64,000 nucleotides of DNA, from positions 5,312,001 to 5,376,000 of the forward strand of contig OZ245002.1 of the NCBI GenBank assembly GCA_965223415.1, read 5' to 3'. The DNA comes from Myxococcota bacterium. Its GTDB lineage: Bacteria; Myxococcota_A; UBA9160; UBA6930. How positions within the stretch are numbered: position 1 is the first letter of the stretch; each line of letters opens with the position of its first letter. Position numbers and translations under genes: made by a program. The notes under the pieces are model-generated. The model searched no databases. It was not told the DNA's origin and was given only the letters and a program-made list of their open reading frames with translations. Shown piece by piece: positions 1 to 9,551 of the stretch.

Positions 1-265
1 CGGCGGGCAGCACGTCGGGGATCTCCTCTCCGGGCTCGAAGATCCAACCCACGACGTCCCCGGGCTCGCAGGTAACGCCGGGCTCGACGAGGTGTCGGAC
101 GACGCCGCTGTGGTCCGCGTCGACCTCCATGTCCACCTTCTCGGTCTCGAGCCGGTAGAGGAGCTCGCCCTGCTTCACCTCGTCCCCGTCGGCCACGAAC
201 CACTCGGCAACGACGCCCTCGGTCATGGTCATGCCCACGCGGGTCAGGTAGATCTCCTTCGGCAC
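1..265 (-). CDS. Lipoyl-domain protein, probably the N-terminus of a dihydrolipoamide acyltransferase E2 (AcoC-like); runs off the window edge
   Basis: Not in the ORF track. Manual translation from GTG at 265 (GAGGAG upstream) gives MPKEIYLTRVGMTMTEGVVAEWFVADGDEVKQGELLYRLETEKVDMEV, which has the lipoyl ETEK motif. It lies downstream of E1 alpha/beta. Confidence 0.85.
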   Translation of the reverse strand, partial: MPKEIYLTRVGMTMTEGVVAEWFVADGDEVKQGELLYRLETEKVDMEVDADHSGVVRHLVEPGVTCEPGDVVGWIFEPGEEIPDVLPA

Positions 266-278
266 TCCCGTCTCCTCG

Positions 279-1301
279 CTAGTCGGACGCCGGCAGTCGG
301 AACCAGCCGCCCTCGGCCGCGCGTGCCATCACCCGATCCGCGTCGATCACCCACGGGCCCTGGCGCTCCACCCGGAGGACGGCGCACCGCCCCGCTCGCA
401 GAACGCGCTCGCGCTCTCCGTCGAAGGCGAGGGTACCCGGCCCGCGGAGTTCGACGGCCTCCCCGAACCCGACGCTTCGCGCGGCCCGCAGATGGACCGT
501 CTGGAAGTGCCCGGGCGCGATCGGCGCGCGGATCCCTTCGCCGCCCTCCCCCAGCTCGAGGAGGAGCGATACGTCGTCCCTTTCGCTCACCGGGTGCACC
601 AGGCCGCCGATCGACGTGATGCCGACGCCGGCGGGATCCGCCCGGGTGAGGAGCGCCGTGCGCAGTCGGTCGCCGTCCATCAGCGCGCGGCTGCCGACGA
701 AGCGGTCCGTGGTGAGCACCGCATCGATCAGGGCCAGGTCCGGGGCCTCGCCGTCCACCGTCACGGTGACGAGCTTCGCCCGGCTCGCCACATCGGCGAG
801 CCCGACCCGGCCGCAGGCCACCGCGCCGAGCGCCGCGCCGGCGACCGTCGCCTCGACGAGCTGCGGGAACACGTTGTTGGTGCCGGTCGACACGGGCAGA
901 AGCGGCGCGTCCGGCCAGCCCCGCACGAAGGCGCGGTTGGTGCCGTCGCCGCCCAGGGTGAGCACGGCGGCGCAGCCCGCTTCGCGCAGGGCCCGGGCGC
1001 CGTGCACGGTGTCGATCGCGCTCCCGGTCCGGGGTGCATCCACCGGCTTCGCAGCCACCTCGCCCTCGAACTCCAGGAACGCGCTCGCGGCGATGTCGTG
1101 GCTGTCCGGGACGTAGCGGAACTCCCGAGCGCCGGCGGCGATCGCACCCACGATCGCCCGCCGCACGATCGCGTGCTTCTCCTGGTTGTCGAACACCGAG
1201 GCCCGGGCCGTGAGCCGGCGCACGTCCTTCCCGGAGGCCGGGTTGCACGCGACGCCGACGGGCCCTTCGCGGGCGACGTCCGCGGTGCCGGAGTTTGTCA
1301 C
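279..1301 (-). CDS. acoX: ATP-NAD kinase-like acetoin catabolism protein X (AcoX family)
   Basis: NPASGKDVRRL, LGGDGTNR, STGTNNVFP and AFDGERE motifs; lies inside an E1/E2 operon. Confidence 0.8.
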   Translation of the reverse strand: MTNSGTADVAREGPVGVACNPASGKDVRRLTARASVFDNQEKHAIVRRAIVGAIAAGAREFRYVPDSHDIAASAFLEFEGEVAAKPVDAPRTGSAIDTVHGARALREAGCAAVLTLGGDGTNRAFVRGWPDAPLLPVSTGTNNVFPQLVEATVAGAALGAVACGRVGLADVASRAKLVTVTVDGEAPDLALIDAVLTTDRFVGSRALMDGDRLRTALLTRADPAGVGITSIGGLVHPVSERDDVSLLLELGEGGEGIRAPIAPGHFQTVHLRAARSVGFGEAVELRGPGTLAFDGERERVLRAGRCAVLRVERQGPWVIDADRVMARAAEGGWFRLPASD

Positions 1302-1304
1302 GAG

Positions 1305-2306
1305 CTAGACGCCGAGGAGCTCGCGCACGCTACCCGCGATGCGTTTCGCATCCGGGACGTAGAACGCTTCGAGGGGCGGGCTGTAGGGAACCGGCGAGAA
1401 GGGGGCCCCCAGGCGGGCGACCGGGGCGTCGAGGTAGTCGAAGGCCCGCTCCTGGATCTGGGCGGCGATCTCGGCGCCGAAGCCGCCGAAGCGGACCGCC
1501 TCGTGCACGACGAGCGCCCGGTGGGTCTTCTCCACCGACTCGATCACGGTCTCCGTGTCGAAGGGCTGGAGGGTGCGGGGATCGATCACCTCGGCCTGGA
1601 TGCCCTCCCCGGCCAGGGTCTCGGCCGCGGCCAGGGCCTCGGTGCGCATCCGGCCCATGGCGACCACGGTGACGTCGCTTCCTTCCCGCGCTACCGCTGC
1701 CTCGCCGATCGGGATCTCGTAGGCCTCCTCGGGGACCGGCCCGGTGAGGGGCAGGGACATCTTGTTCATGATCACGAAGACCGGGTTGTCCTCGCGCACC
1801 GCCGCCAGGATCGCGCCCTTCATGTCGTAGGGCGTCGCCGGCATCATCACCTTGAGGCCCGGGAGGTGGCAGAGCCACGCCTCGAGGCTCTGGCTGTGCT
1901 GGGCGGCGAAGGACATGCCGGCCCCCGCCATCGTGAGGACGGTGACCGGCAGCTTGGCCTTCCCCCCGAACATGAAGCGCATCTTCGCCATCTGGTTCGC
2001 CACCTCGTCCATGCACTCGCCCAGGAAGTCCATGAACATGATGTCGATGATGGGTCGCAGCCCGGTCGCGGAGGCGCCGACCCCGAGACCGATGATGCCG
2101 GCCTCGGAGATGGGCGTGTCGACCACCCGCTTCTCGCCGAACTCGTCGAGGAGCCCGCGGTAGCAGCCGAAGACCGAGCCGGCGCCGGCCACATCCTCGC
2201 CGGCGAGGAAGGCCTCGGGGAACTCCTGGAGCGCCTGCCGGCAGCCCTCGGTGATGGCCAGGATGTAGGGAAGCTGGCGGGCGTCGGTATCGGTGGCGGC
2301 GGCCAT
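1305..2306 (-). CDS. TPP-dependent 2-oxoacid/acetoin dehydrogenase E1 beta subunit (AcoB-like)
   Basis: AGEDV, DTPISEAG, IMFMDF, AAQHSQSLEAW and VIDPRTLQPFD motifs. Confidence 0.92.
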   Translation of the reverse strand: MAAATDTDARQLPYILAITEGCRQALQEFPEAFLAGEDVAGAGSVFGCYRGLLDEFGEKRVVDTPISEAGIIGLGVGASATGLRPIIDIMFMDFLGECMDEVANQMAKMRFMFGGKAKLPVTVLTMAGAGMSFAAQHSQSLEAWLCHLPGLKVMMPATPYDMKGAILAAVREDNPVFVIMNKMSLPLTGPVPEEAYEIPIGEAAVAREGSDVTVVAMGRMRTEALAAAETLAGEGIQAEVIDPRTLQPFDTETVIESVEKTHRALVVHEAVRFGGFGAEIAAQIQERAFDYLDAPVARLGAPFSPVPYSPPLEAFYVPDAKRIAGSVRELLGV

Positions 2307-2317
2307 GGAGGATCCTC

Positions 2318-3301
2318 TCAGCTTCCCGGGCGGTAGTAGACGTCGTCGAGCAGGTTCTCGGGATCCGGGAACGGGCTGGCCTCGGCGAACTCGATGGCTT
2401 CCAGGGCTTCGCGCCGCACCCGCTCGTGAACACCGGCGGCGTCCTCCGTCGACATCACCCCGAGCTCGACCAGGCGGGCCTCGAGCATCTGGATCGCGTC
2501 GCGCTGCTTCCAGCGTTCGACTTCGTCGTCACTGCGGTACTTGACCCCCATGCCGCGCACACCCACGTGGTCGTAGTAGCGATAGGTCTTGCACTCGAGC
2601 AGCGTGGGGCCTCCGCCGGCGCGTGCCCGCTCGACCGCTTCGCCGGCCGCTTCGTAGACCGCCAGGACGTCCATGCCGTCGACGATCACCCCGGGCATGC
2701 CGTAGCCCGCCGCTCGGTCCGCAACGTCCCGGATCGCCTGGTGCCGCGCCTGGGAGGTGTACTCGCCGTAGCCGTTGTTCTCGCACACGAACAGGCAGGG
2801 CAGCTGGTAGAGGGCGGCGATATTCGCGGCCTCGTGGAAAGCGCCCTCATTGCTCGCGCCGTCCCCGAAGAAGGTGCAGGCGACCTGGTCCGTCTCCCGG
2901 TACTTGTTGGAGAAGGCGGCGCCCACCGCGATCGGCGGGCCGCCCGCGACGATGCCGTTCGCACCGAGGATCCCGATGTCGAGGTTCGAGATGTGCATGC
3001 TGCCGCCCATGCCCTTGCAGTAGCCGGTCGAGCGGCCGTAGAGCTCGGCGTACATCTCACGGAACTTGCCGCCCTTGGCAACGAGGTGGCCGTGGCCGCG
3101 GTGGGTACTCGTGATCTGGTCGGCGTCGGTCAGGTGCGCCATCACCCCCGCGGCCACCGCCTCCTGTCCCACGTAGAGGTGGAGCGCCCCGGGCACCTTG
3201 CCGTTCTCCATCAGCTTTCCGGCCTCCTCCTCGAAGATCCGGATGCGCACCATCCGGTCGTGGAGGTCGCGGAGCACATCGTCGCTGGGGACATTCGCCA
3301 T
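2318..3301 (-). CDS. TPP-dependent dehydrogenase E1 alpha subunit (AcoA-like)
   Basis: C-terminal part of ORF 2318..3955 from MANVPSDD (ATG 3301); HLYVGQEA, STHRGHGH, GMGGSMH and the TPP motif GDGASNEG...ENN. Confidence 0.92.
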   Translation of the reverse strand: MANVPSDDVLRDLHDRMVRIRIFEEEAGKLMENGKVPGALHLYVGQEAVAAGVMAHLTDADQITSTHRGHGHLVAKGGKFREMYAELYGRSTGYCKGMGGSMHISNLDIGILGANGIVAGGPPIAVGAAFSNKYRETDQVACTFFGDGASNEGAFHEAANIAALYQLPCLFVCENNGYGEYTSQARHQAIRDVADRAAGYGMPGVIVDGMDVLAVYEAAGEAVERARAGGGPTLLECKTYRYYDHVGVRGMGVKYRSDDEVERWKQRDAIQMLEARLVELGVMSTEDAAGVHERVRREALEAIEFAEASPFPDPENLLDDVYYRPGS

Positions 3302-3372
3302 GGTGTTCGTGCCTTCGGGAGAGTGAAGGAGGCTCGGAAGCCGCCACTCTAGCACCGCCCCGGTACCGCGGG

Positions 3373-5256
3373 TCAGGCGAGCTCGTAGTCGTCCAGGGAG
3401 GGCTCGTGGGTCATGGCCCAGTAGTCGACCAGCCGCCAGGGCGAGACCGAGAACACCCGCCCCTTTCGGTTGCGGTAGTAGGTCGACATGCCCGGGTGGG
3501 TCCAGATGAGCTGCTCGTGCTCCGCGTCGACGCGCCGCACGTACTCGTCGTGGCGGTCGCGGCGCACCTCCGCCGCCGTGAGCCCCTGCTCGAGCATCTC
3601 CACGATGACGCCGGTGATGTAGCGGGCCTGACACTCGGACACGAAGATGGCGCTGCCCCCGTGGCCGAGGCCCGCGTTGGGGCCCAGCATCACGAAGAGG
3701 TTGGGGAAGCCAGGCACGGTGATGCCCAGGTAGGCACGCGGGTCGTCGTCGGCCCAGGCCTCGGCCAGAGCGCGATCGCCCCGGCCCCGGATGCCCAGGC
3801 GGGCCGCCATCGAGCCCATGCGGAAGCCCGTGGCCAGCACCACCACGTCCGCCGGACGGTGCCGGCCGTCCCGGGTGACGATGCCCGTCGCGTCGAGCCG
3901 CTCGATCGAGTCGGTCACCAGCTCCACGTTCGGCCGGGTGATCGTCGTGTACCAACCGTTGTCCAGGAGGATCCGCTTGCCGTAGGGCGGATAGGTCGGG
4001 AGGCAGGCCTCGAGGAGGTCACGTCGGTCCCCGAGCTGCGCCGCGATGTGGTCCGCCATCTCCTGGCGATGGCGGTCGTTGGTGCGGTTCATCGATCGCT
4101 CCGGATGGGGCCAGTCCGGATCCTTGCGCAGGAAGGGCAGCAGGCCGTCGCCGTAGCGCCAGAGCATCGTGAAGCGGAACCACTCCGCGTAGAAGGGCAC
4201 CTCCGCCAGGAGCCACTGGCCCTCCTCGCTGATGGGGTCGTGGTAGCGGGGGATCGGACGCGCCCATTGCGGGCTCCGCTGGTAGAGGGCGAGGGAGGCG
4301 ACCTGCTCGGCGATGGTGGGGGCGACCTGCATGGCCGAGGCGCCGGTTCCGATCACCGCGACGCGCTGGCCCTCGAGCTCGAGGCCCTCGGGCCAGGCAG
4401 CCGTGTGGAAGAGCTCGCCTTCGTAGGCATCCGCCCCCTCGAGCTCGGGAAGAGCGGGCTCGCCGAACTGACCGATGGCGCTGACCAGGAAGTCACAGGA
4501 GACGGTCTCCTCGCCGTTCGGCGTCTCGAGGCGCACCTGCCACCGGGCATCGGATTCGCTCCAGCGAGCGCCGGTGACGCGAACCCCGAAGCGGATGTGG
4601 GGACGGACGCCGAGCTCCTCGGCGCTCCGCACCATGTAGTCCTGGATCTCGTCCCGAGGCGAGAAGTAGCGACTCCATCGGTAGCGGCGGCCGATGGAGA
4701 AGGAGTAGGCGTGGTTCGGCGTGTCCACCCCGCAGCCCGGGTAGCGGTTCTCGTACCAGGTCCCGCCGACCTCCGGGTGCCGTTCGACGATCGTGTAGGG
4801 GATGCCCAGGCGTCCGAGCCTCGCGCCAAGGGCGATCCCGCTGGCTCCGGCGCCGACGATCAGCACGCGCTTGTCCGCCGCCCCGGCCGGAGGCCCCTCC
4901 CCTTCCCAGGTGACGTCCCGGGAGGTGAAGCCGAGCTCCTCGCGCATCATCGGCGCGTACTCCTCCGGCACCCGCTCGCCGAGGCACACGCGCATCATCT
5001 CCAGCATGAGGGCGTCGCCCGGGTCGGTGACCCGCGGCTCCCGACCGGCCTCGCAGAGCAGCTCGAGAGCCGCCGCGCGGATCTCGTCCCGCACCTCGGC
5101 GGGCAGGCCCGCGTCCTCGTCGGCGATCAGCCAGACGTCGCGCTTGGGCCGGTAGGGCGGCTCGAGCCAGCGGCGGTCGCCACTCAGGTGGAAGACGACC
5201 ATGAGCAGGACCCGGAGGTCGGCCTGGGCAAGGGCGGATCGCAGTCGTTCACGCAA
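3373..5256 (-). CDS. Baeyer-Villiger-type flavin monooxygenase with N-terminal extension (4-hydroxyacetophenone monooxygenase-like architecture)
   Basis: GAGASG, GGTWYENRYPG, a BVMO fingerprint variant YEGELFHTAAWP and GTGASA. The start is uncertain; TTG at 5256 was chosen because GGAG lies upstream. Confidence 0.85.
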   Translation of the reverse strand: MRERLRSALAQADLRVLLMVVFHLSGDRRWLEPPYRPKRDVWLIADEDAGLPAEVRDEIRAAALELLCEAGREPRVTDPGDALMLEMMRVCLGERVPEEYAPMMREELGFTSRDVTWEGEGPPAGAADKRVLIVGAGASGIALGARLGRLGIPYTIVERHPEVGGTWYENRYPGCGVDTPNHAYSFSIGRRYRWSRYFSPRDEIQDYMVRSAEELGVRPHIRFGVRVTGARWSESDARWQVRLETPNGEETVSCDFLVSAIGQFGEPALPELEGADAYEGELFHTAAWPEGLELEGQRVAVIGTGASAMQVAPTIAEQVASLALYQRSPQWARPIPRYHDPISEEGQWLLAEVPFYAEWFRFTMLWRYGDGLLPFLRKDPDWPHPERSMNRTNDRHRQEMADHIAAQLGDRRDLLEACLPTYPPYGKRILLDNGWYTTITRPNVELVTDSIERLDATGIVTRDGRHRPADVVVLATGFRMGSMAARLGIRGRGDRALAEAWADDDPRAYLGITVPGFPNLFVMLGPNAGLGHGGSAIFVSECQARYITGVIVEMLEQGLTAAEVRRDRHDEYVRRVDAEHEQLIWTHPGMSTYYRNRKGRVFSVSPWRLVDYWAMTHEPSLDDYELA

Positions 5257-5286
5257 AGAGGGGCTCCGGACTCCGCGGGCCAGCGA

Positions 5287-5316
5287 GCTATACAGCCAGG
5301 AGCTTCCGCCTGTCAA
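5287..5316 (-). promoter_or_regulatory. Putative sigma70-type promoter for the BVMO gene
   Basis: Minus strand TTGACA-18 nt-TATAGC in the divergent intergenic region. Confidence 0.45.
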
Positions 5317-5356
5317 ACCGGCTTCCCACCCGAGACCCGCACCGGAGCCCCTGGGC

Positions 5357-6847
5357 ATGAAGAGCAGCACCGTTCACCTTCACCGCCGCTTCCAGATCGG
5401 TCGCGTCGATCCGCGCATCTTCGGGGGCTTCCTCGAGCACATGGGTCGCGCGGTGTACGAAGGGGTCTACGAGCCCGCGAGCCCCCACGCGGACGCGGAG
5501 GGCTGGCGAAGCGACGTGCTCGAGAGGCTCCGCGGCCTCGACCTGACGGTGATGCGCTACCCGGGCGGGAACTTCGTCTCCGGCTATCACTGGCAGGACG
5601 GGGTCGGCCCGCGCGAGGCGCGGCCCCGCCTCCGCGAGATGGCCTGGAACAGCATCGAGCCCAACCAGGTGGGAACGGACGAGTTCCTGGCCCTCGCCCG
5701 TCGCATGGGCTGGGAGCCGATGATGGCCGTCAACCTGGGAACAGGCTCGCCGGAGGAGGCACGCAACTGGGTCGAGTACTGCAACGCTCCCGCCGGCACC
5801 CGCTATGCGGACCTGCGGGTCGCCCACGGCCAGGAGAAGCCCTACGGCGTGAAGCTTTGGTGCCTCGGCAACGAGATGGACGGTCACTGGCAGATCGGCC
5901 ACGTGCCCGCCGAAGAGTACGCGCTCCGCGCCCAGCAGGCGGCGAAGCTGATCAAGGACCTGGACCGATCGATCGAGCTCGTGGCCTGCGGCAGCTCTAC
6001 GACCCTGCTGCCCAGCTACCTCGAGTGGGACCGGGTCGTCCTCGAGCGGCTGGGCGATCACGCCGACTACCTGAGCCTCCACAACTACGTCGGCAACCGC
6101 ACCGACACCATGGATTTCCTGGCCGTTACCGGTGCCATCGATCGCCAGATCGAAGGCGCCGACGCCCTGTGCCGCTTCGTCCAGACCCGGCGGCGCTCGC
6201 CGAAGCGCGCCCACCTCTCCTTCGACGAGTGGAACGTCTGGTACAAGACCTTCAGCGGCGAGCACATGAACGGCGCGGGCCGCCTGGCTCCGCCCCTGAT
6301 CGAGGAACGTTACAACCTGGAGGACGCACTGGTCGTCGCCGGCTTCCTGCACAGCTTCGTCCGCCACGCCGACGTCCTGAAGATCGCGAACCTCGCCCAG
6401 ATCGTGAACGTGATCGCGCCCATCCTGACGCGGACCGACGGCCTGCTCGTGCAGTCCATCTACTGGCCCTTCGCCCTGTTCTCGCGGCGACGCGACGGCA
6501 TTTCGCTGGCCCCCTCGGTCGAGGGACCGACCTACGACTCCCCTTCCTACGGAACGACGAGCCACGTCGACGCCAGCGCGATCCTGGCCGGGCCTCGCCT
6601 GCACGTCTTCGTGACGAACCGGGACGAGGAAGCCGCGGAGATCCGCGTTCGGCTCGCCGACGGCAAGGTCGGCGGGGTGATCGACGCCGAGATCGTCACG
6701 GCGTCCGATCCCAAGGCCGAGAACGACTGGGAGGCTCCCGACGTCGTGCGTGCGGAGCCCTTCGACGAGCACCATGTCCAGGGGGACGACGCGGTCCTGC
6801 GCCTGCCGCCGATGTCCTTCGCTGCGGTCAGCCTTCGCCTCGCGTAG
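5357..6847 (+). CDS. abfA: Alpha-L-arabinofuranosidase, GH51, no signal peptide
   Basis: FLEHMGRAVYEG, RYPGGNFVSGY, WCLGNEMDG (acid/base Glu), SFDEWNVWY (nucleophile) and ANLAQIVNVI. ATG at 5357 follows GGAG. Confidence 0.93.
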   Translation: MKSSTVHLHRRFQIGRVDPRIFGGFLEHMGRAVYEGVYEPASPHADAEGWRSDVLERLRGLDLTVMRYPGGNFVSGYHWQDGVGPREARPRLREMAWNSIEPNQVGTDEFLALARRMGWEPMMAVNLGTGSPEEARNWVEYCNAPAGTRYADLRVAHGQEKPYGVKLWCLGNEMDGHWQIGHVPAEEYALRAQQAAKLIKDLDRSIELVACGSSTTLLPSYLEWDRVVLERLGDHADYLSLHNYVGNRTDTMDFLAVTGAIDRQIEGADALCRFVQTRRRSPKRAHLSFDEWNVWYKTFSGEHMNGAGRLAPPLIEERYNLEDALVVAGFLHSFVRHADVLKIANLAQIVNVIAPILTRTDGLLVQSIYWPFALFSRRRDGISLAPSVEGPTYDSPSYGTTSHVDASAILAGPRLHVFVTNRDEEAAEIRVRLADGKVGGVIDAEIVTASDPKAENDWEAPDVVRAEPFDEHHVQGDDAVLRLPPMSFAAVSLRLA

Positions 6848-6863
6848 GCGGACCCGCCGCCTA
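6845..6863. terminator. Hairpin between convergent genes, built from both TAG stop codons
   Basis: TAGGCGG-ACCCG-CCGCCTA, a perfect 7-bp stem; no U-tract. Confidence 0.35.
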
Positions 6864-8036
6864 GCCGATCGCTCCGTCCTCGCGAAGCCGGGCGATCTCC
6901 TCCGCCGCGTAGCCCAGGCGCCCCAGCACGGCGTCCGTGTGCTCGCCGTGTCCGGGGCTGTGAGCCGCCGGAGTGAGCTGCTGCCCGGCGAAGCGGGCCG
7001 GCGGACGCACCCGGCGCAGCTGACCCATGCGGGGATGGCGAGCGGTGTCGACCGTGCGATTGGCTTCCACCTGGGGGTGCGCCAGGGCTTCATCGCGGGA
7101 CAGGCACTTGGCACAAGGGACATCGTTCGCGCGGAGGCGCTCGAGGATCGTGTCCGTGTCGAAGGCGGCGAACGCCGCCTTGAGCTCCGCACGGTAGGCC
7201 TCCACGTTCGCCTGGAGCGCGGCCAGGCTGGCGAAGCGCGGATCGGTGGCCAGGTCCTCGCGACCGATCGCCCGGTACACCCCGTCCCGTTGCTTCGGAG
7301 CGGCCGCCGACACCGTGATCGCACCGTCCCGGGTCTCGGTGAGCTCGTAGAGGAGATCCGCCAGCAGAGGCTGCCGCACGACGTCCTCGTCGAGCAGGGT
7401 GTGGTTCATGTAGCCGTCGGGGAAGACGAAGTAGAGGCCCGCGTCGAGCATCGAGAGGTCGATGTGCTGGCCGTGGCCGGTGCGCTCGCGCTGGAAGAGC
7501 GCTGCGGTGAGCGCCTGGCACGCGGTGTAGGCGGTGATCTTGTCGCAGACCAGGTTGCGCACGAAGGCGGGGCGTTCGGTCCCCTGCACGTCCGCCATGC
7601 CGGCCTGGGCCTGGACGATCGGGTCGTAGGCCGGCTCCCCCTTCATCGGCCCCTCGGTTCCGAAGCCCGAGATGGCCAGGTAGACCAGCCGCGGGTTCCG
7701 GGCCCGGAGTGTCTCGCTGCCGAGCCCCAGCTGGTCCATCACCCCCGGCCGGTAGTTGTGGATCAGGACGTCCGCCTCGGCGGCCAGCCGCTCCGCGATC
7801 TCGCGCCCCGCTGGCGACTTCAGCTCCAGGCGGATGGACTGCTTGCCCCGGTTGCAGTTCGCGAAGAGGCCCGAATCGCCCCCTTTCGACGAGCCGATGG
7901 CGCGCATCGGGTCGCCGGCGGCCACGGGCTCGATCTTCGTCACGACAGCCCCCTGCTCGGCCGCCATCATGGACGCCAGGGACGCGGTGATCATGGTGGA
8001 GAGCTCGACGATGCGGACGTTCTCGAGGGGGCGCAC
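6861..8036 (-). CDS. CoA-transferase family III (CaiB/BaiF)
   Basis: C-terminal part of ORF 6861..10667 from GTG 8036 (GGAGG upstream): RPLENVRIVELS, KIEP, NRGKQSI, ADVLIHNYRPG, ISGFG, catalytic Asp in VCDKIT. Confidence 0.9.
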   Translation of the reverse strand: MRPLENVRIVELSTMITASLASMMAAEQGAVVTKIEPVAAGDPMRAIGSSKGGDSGLFANCNRGKQSIRLELKSPAGREIAERLAAEADVLIHNYRPGVMDQLGLGSETLRARNPRLVYLAISGFGTEGPMKGEPAYDPIVQAQAGMADVQGTERPAFVRNLVCDKITAYTACQALTAALFQRERTGHGQHIDLSMLDAGLYFVFPDGYMNHTLLDEDVVRQPLLADLLYELTETRDGAITVSAAAPKQRDGVYRAIGREDLATDPRFASLAALQANVEAYRAELKAAFAAFDTDTILERLRANDVPCAKCLSRDEALAHPQVEANRTVDTARHPRMGQLRRVRPPARFAGQQLTPAAHSPGHGEHTDAVLGRLGYAAEEIARLREDGAIG

Positions 8037-8195
8037 GGGAAACCTCCGGGATGGGGAGCGGAAATGATGGCACTCCCTATGCCATGACTCTACCCTCCTC
8101 CTCCCGCCGATGACCTCAGACCGGTCTCCGAGGAGATCGGCCCCTGGGCTAGGGTGGCCCCGCTCACCCGGCCAGAGCCAAGGAGGAAGCCTTCC

Positions 8196-9521
8196 ATGTC
8201 CGGTCTCCAGACCACGCCGGAGATGTTCGACCTGCGGATGTCCGAAGGGGCCCGCCCCCTCTACGAGAAGGTCACGGCCTTCGTCCGGGAGGAGGTGGAG
8301 CCGATCACCGCCGAGTTCTACCAGCTCGGCGAGGGCCGCACGGATCCCTGGTCCTGGGCGCCGGGCCAGCTCGAGCTGCTCGACAGCGTGAAGGCCAAGG
8401 CCAAGGCGAACGATCTCTGGAACTTCTTCCTGCCCGACGCCGAATCCGGCGAGGGCCTGGCCAACCTCGACTACGCCTACATCGCGGCCGAGCTCGGCAA
8501 GAACCCGCTGGCCTCCGAATGCCTCAACTGCTCGGCCCCGGACACGGGGAACATGGAGGTGCTGGAGCGCGTCGGCACGCCAGAGCAGAAGGAGCGCTGG
8601 CTGAACCCGCTGCTCGCGGGTGAGATCCGCTCCGCCTACGCGATGACCGAGCCGGACCTGGCCTCGTCGGACGCGAAGAACATCTCCTGCGAAGCGGTCC
8701 TCGTCGGCGACGAGTGGGTGATCAACGGCGAGAAGTACTACATCTCCGGCGCCGGCGATCCGCGCTGCAAGATCATGATCGTGATGGTCCGGACGAACCC
8801 GGATGCGCCGCCGCACCAGCAGCAATCCCAGATCCTCGTCCCCACCGACGCACCCGGCTTCGAGATCCTCGGGCCCATGCACGTGTTCGGGAAGGACGAC
8901 GCGCCCCACGGGCACATGCACCTGCGCTTCACCGATTGCCGCGTGCCGAAGGAGAACATCCTCCTCGGCGAGGGACGGGGCTTCGAGATCTCGCAGGTCC
9001 GTCTCGGCCCGGGCCGGATCCACCACTGCATGCGTTCCATCGGCGCCGCGGAGCGGGCGATCGGCCTGATGGCGAAGCGCGGCCTCAGCCGGGAGGCCTT
9101 CGGGCGCCGCATCGCGACTCTGGGCCGAAACACCGAGACCATCGCCAGGGCGCGGGCCGACATCGAGGCCATGCGGATGATGGTGCTGAAGGCCGCCAAG
9201 GCGATGGACGTGCTCGGCAACGCCGAGGCCCGCGTCTGGGTCAGCATGATCAAGGCGATGGTGCCCGAGCGGGTCTGCAAGATCATCGACGAGGCCATCC
9301 AGATCCACGGCGCTACCGGCGTGTCCCAGTGGACGCCCCTGGCCGACATGTACGCGGGCCAACGCACGCTGCGGCTGGCGGACGGCCCGGACGAGGTGCA
9401 CTGGTTCGTGGTCGGCCGCGCCGAGCTCGCCTACTGGAGCGAGCAGGGTGCAGCGGAGTACAACCCGAAGACGGAGTACCTGGGGCGAACGGAGCCGGGC
9501 AAGGTCTTCACCGGGCCCTGA
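8196..9521 (+). CDS. Acyl-CoA dehydrogenase family protein
   Basis: NCSAPDTGNMEVL, AMTEPDLASSDA, INGEKYYISG, RLGPGRIHHCMR and LADGPDEVH motifs; AGGAGG before ATG 8196. Confidence 0.93.
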   Translation: MSGLQTTPEMFDLRMSEGARPLYEKVTAFVREEVEPITAEFYQLGEGRTDPWSWAPGQLELLDSVKAKAKANDLWNFFLPDAESGEGLANLDYAYIAAELGKNPLASECLNCSAPDTGNMEVLERVGTPEQKERWLNPLLAGEIRSAYAMTEPDLASSDAKNISCEAVLVGDEWVINGEKYYISGAGDPRCKIMIVMVRTNPDAPPHQQQSQILVPTDAPGFEILGPMHVFGKDDAPHGHMHLRFTDCRVPKENILLGEGRGFEISQVRLGPGRIHHCMRSIGAAERAIGLMAKRGLSREAFGRRIATLGRNTETIARARADIEAMRMMVLKAAKAMDVLGNAEARVWVSMIKAMVPERVCKIIDEAIQIHGATGVSQWTPLADMYAGQRTLRLADGPDEVHWFVVGRAELAYWSEQGAAEYNPKTEYLGRTEPGKVFTGP

Positions 9522-9551
9522 GGCCGCGCGGGACGGCACCGAGAGGTCGCG

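Noticed and set aside
2318..3955. Apparent long N-terminal extensions or fusions in the ORF track (E1alpha 545 aa, CoA-transferase 1268 aa, aminotransferase 1179 aa, ackA 833 aa, SDR 1074 aa)
   Set aside because: These are stop-free upstream frames overlapping other genes; the real starts lie downstream with RBS or overlap support.
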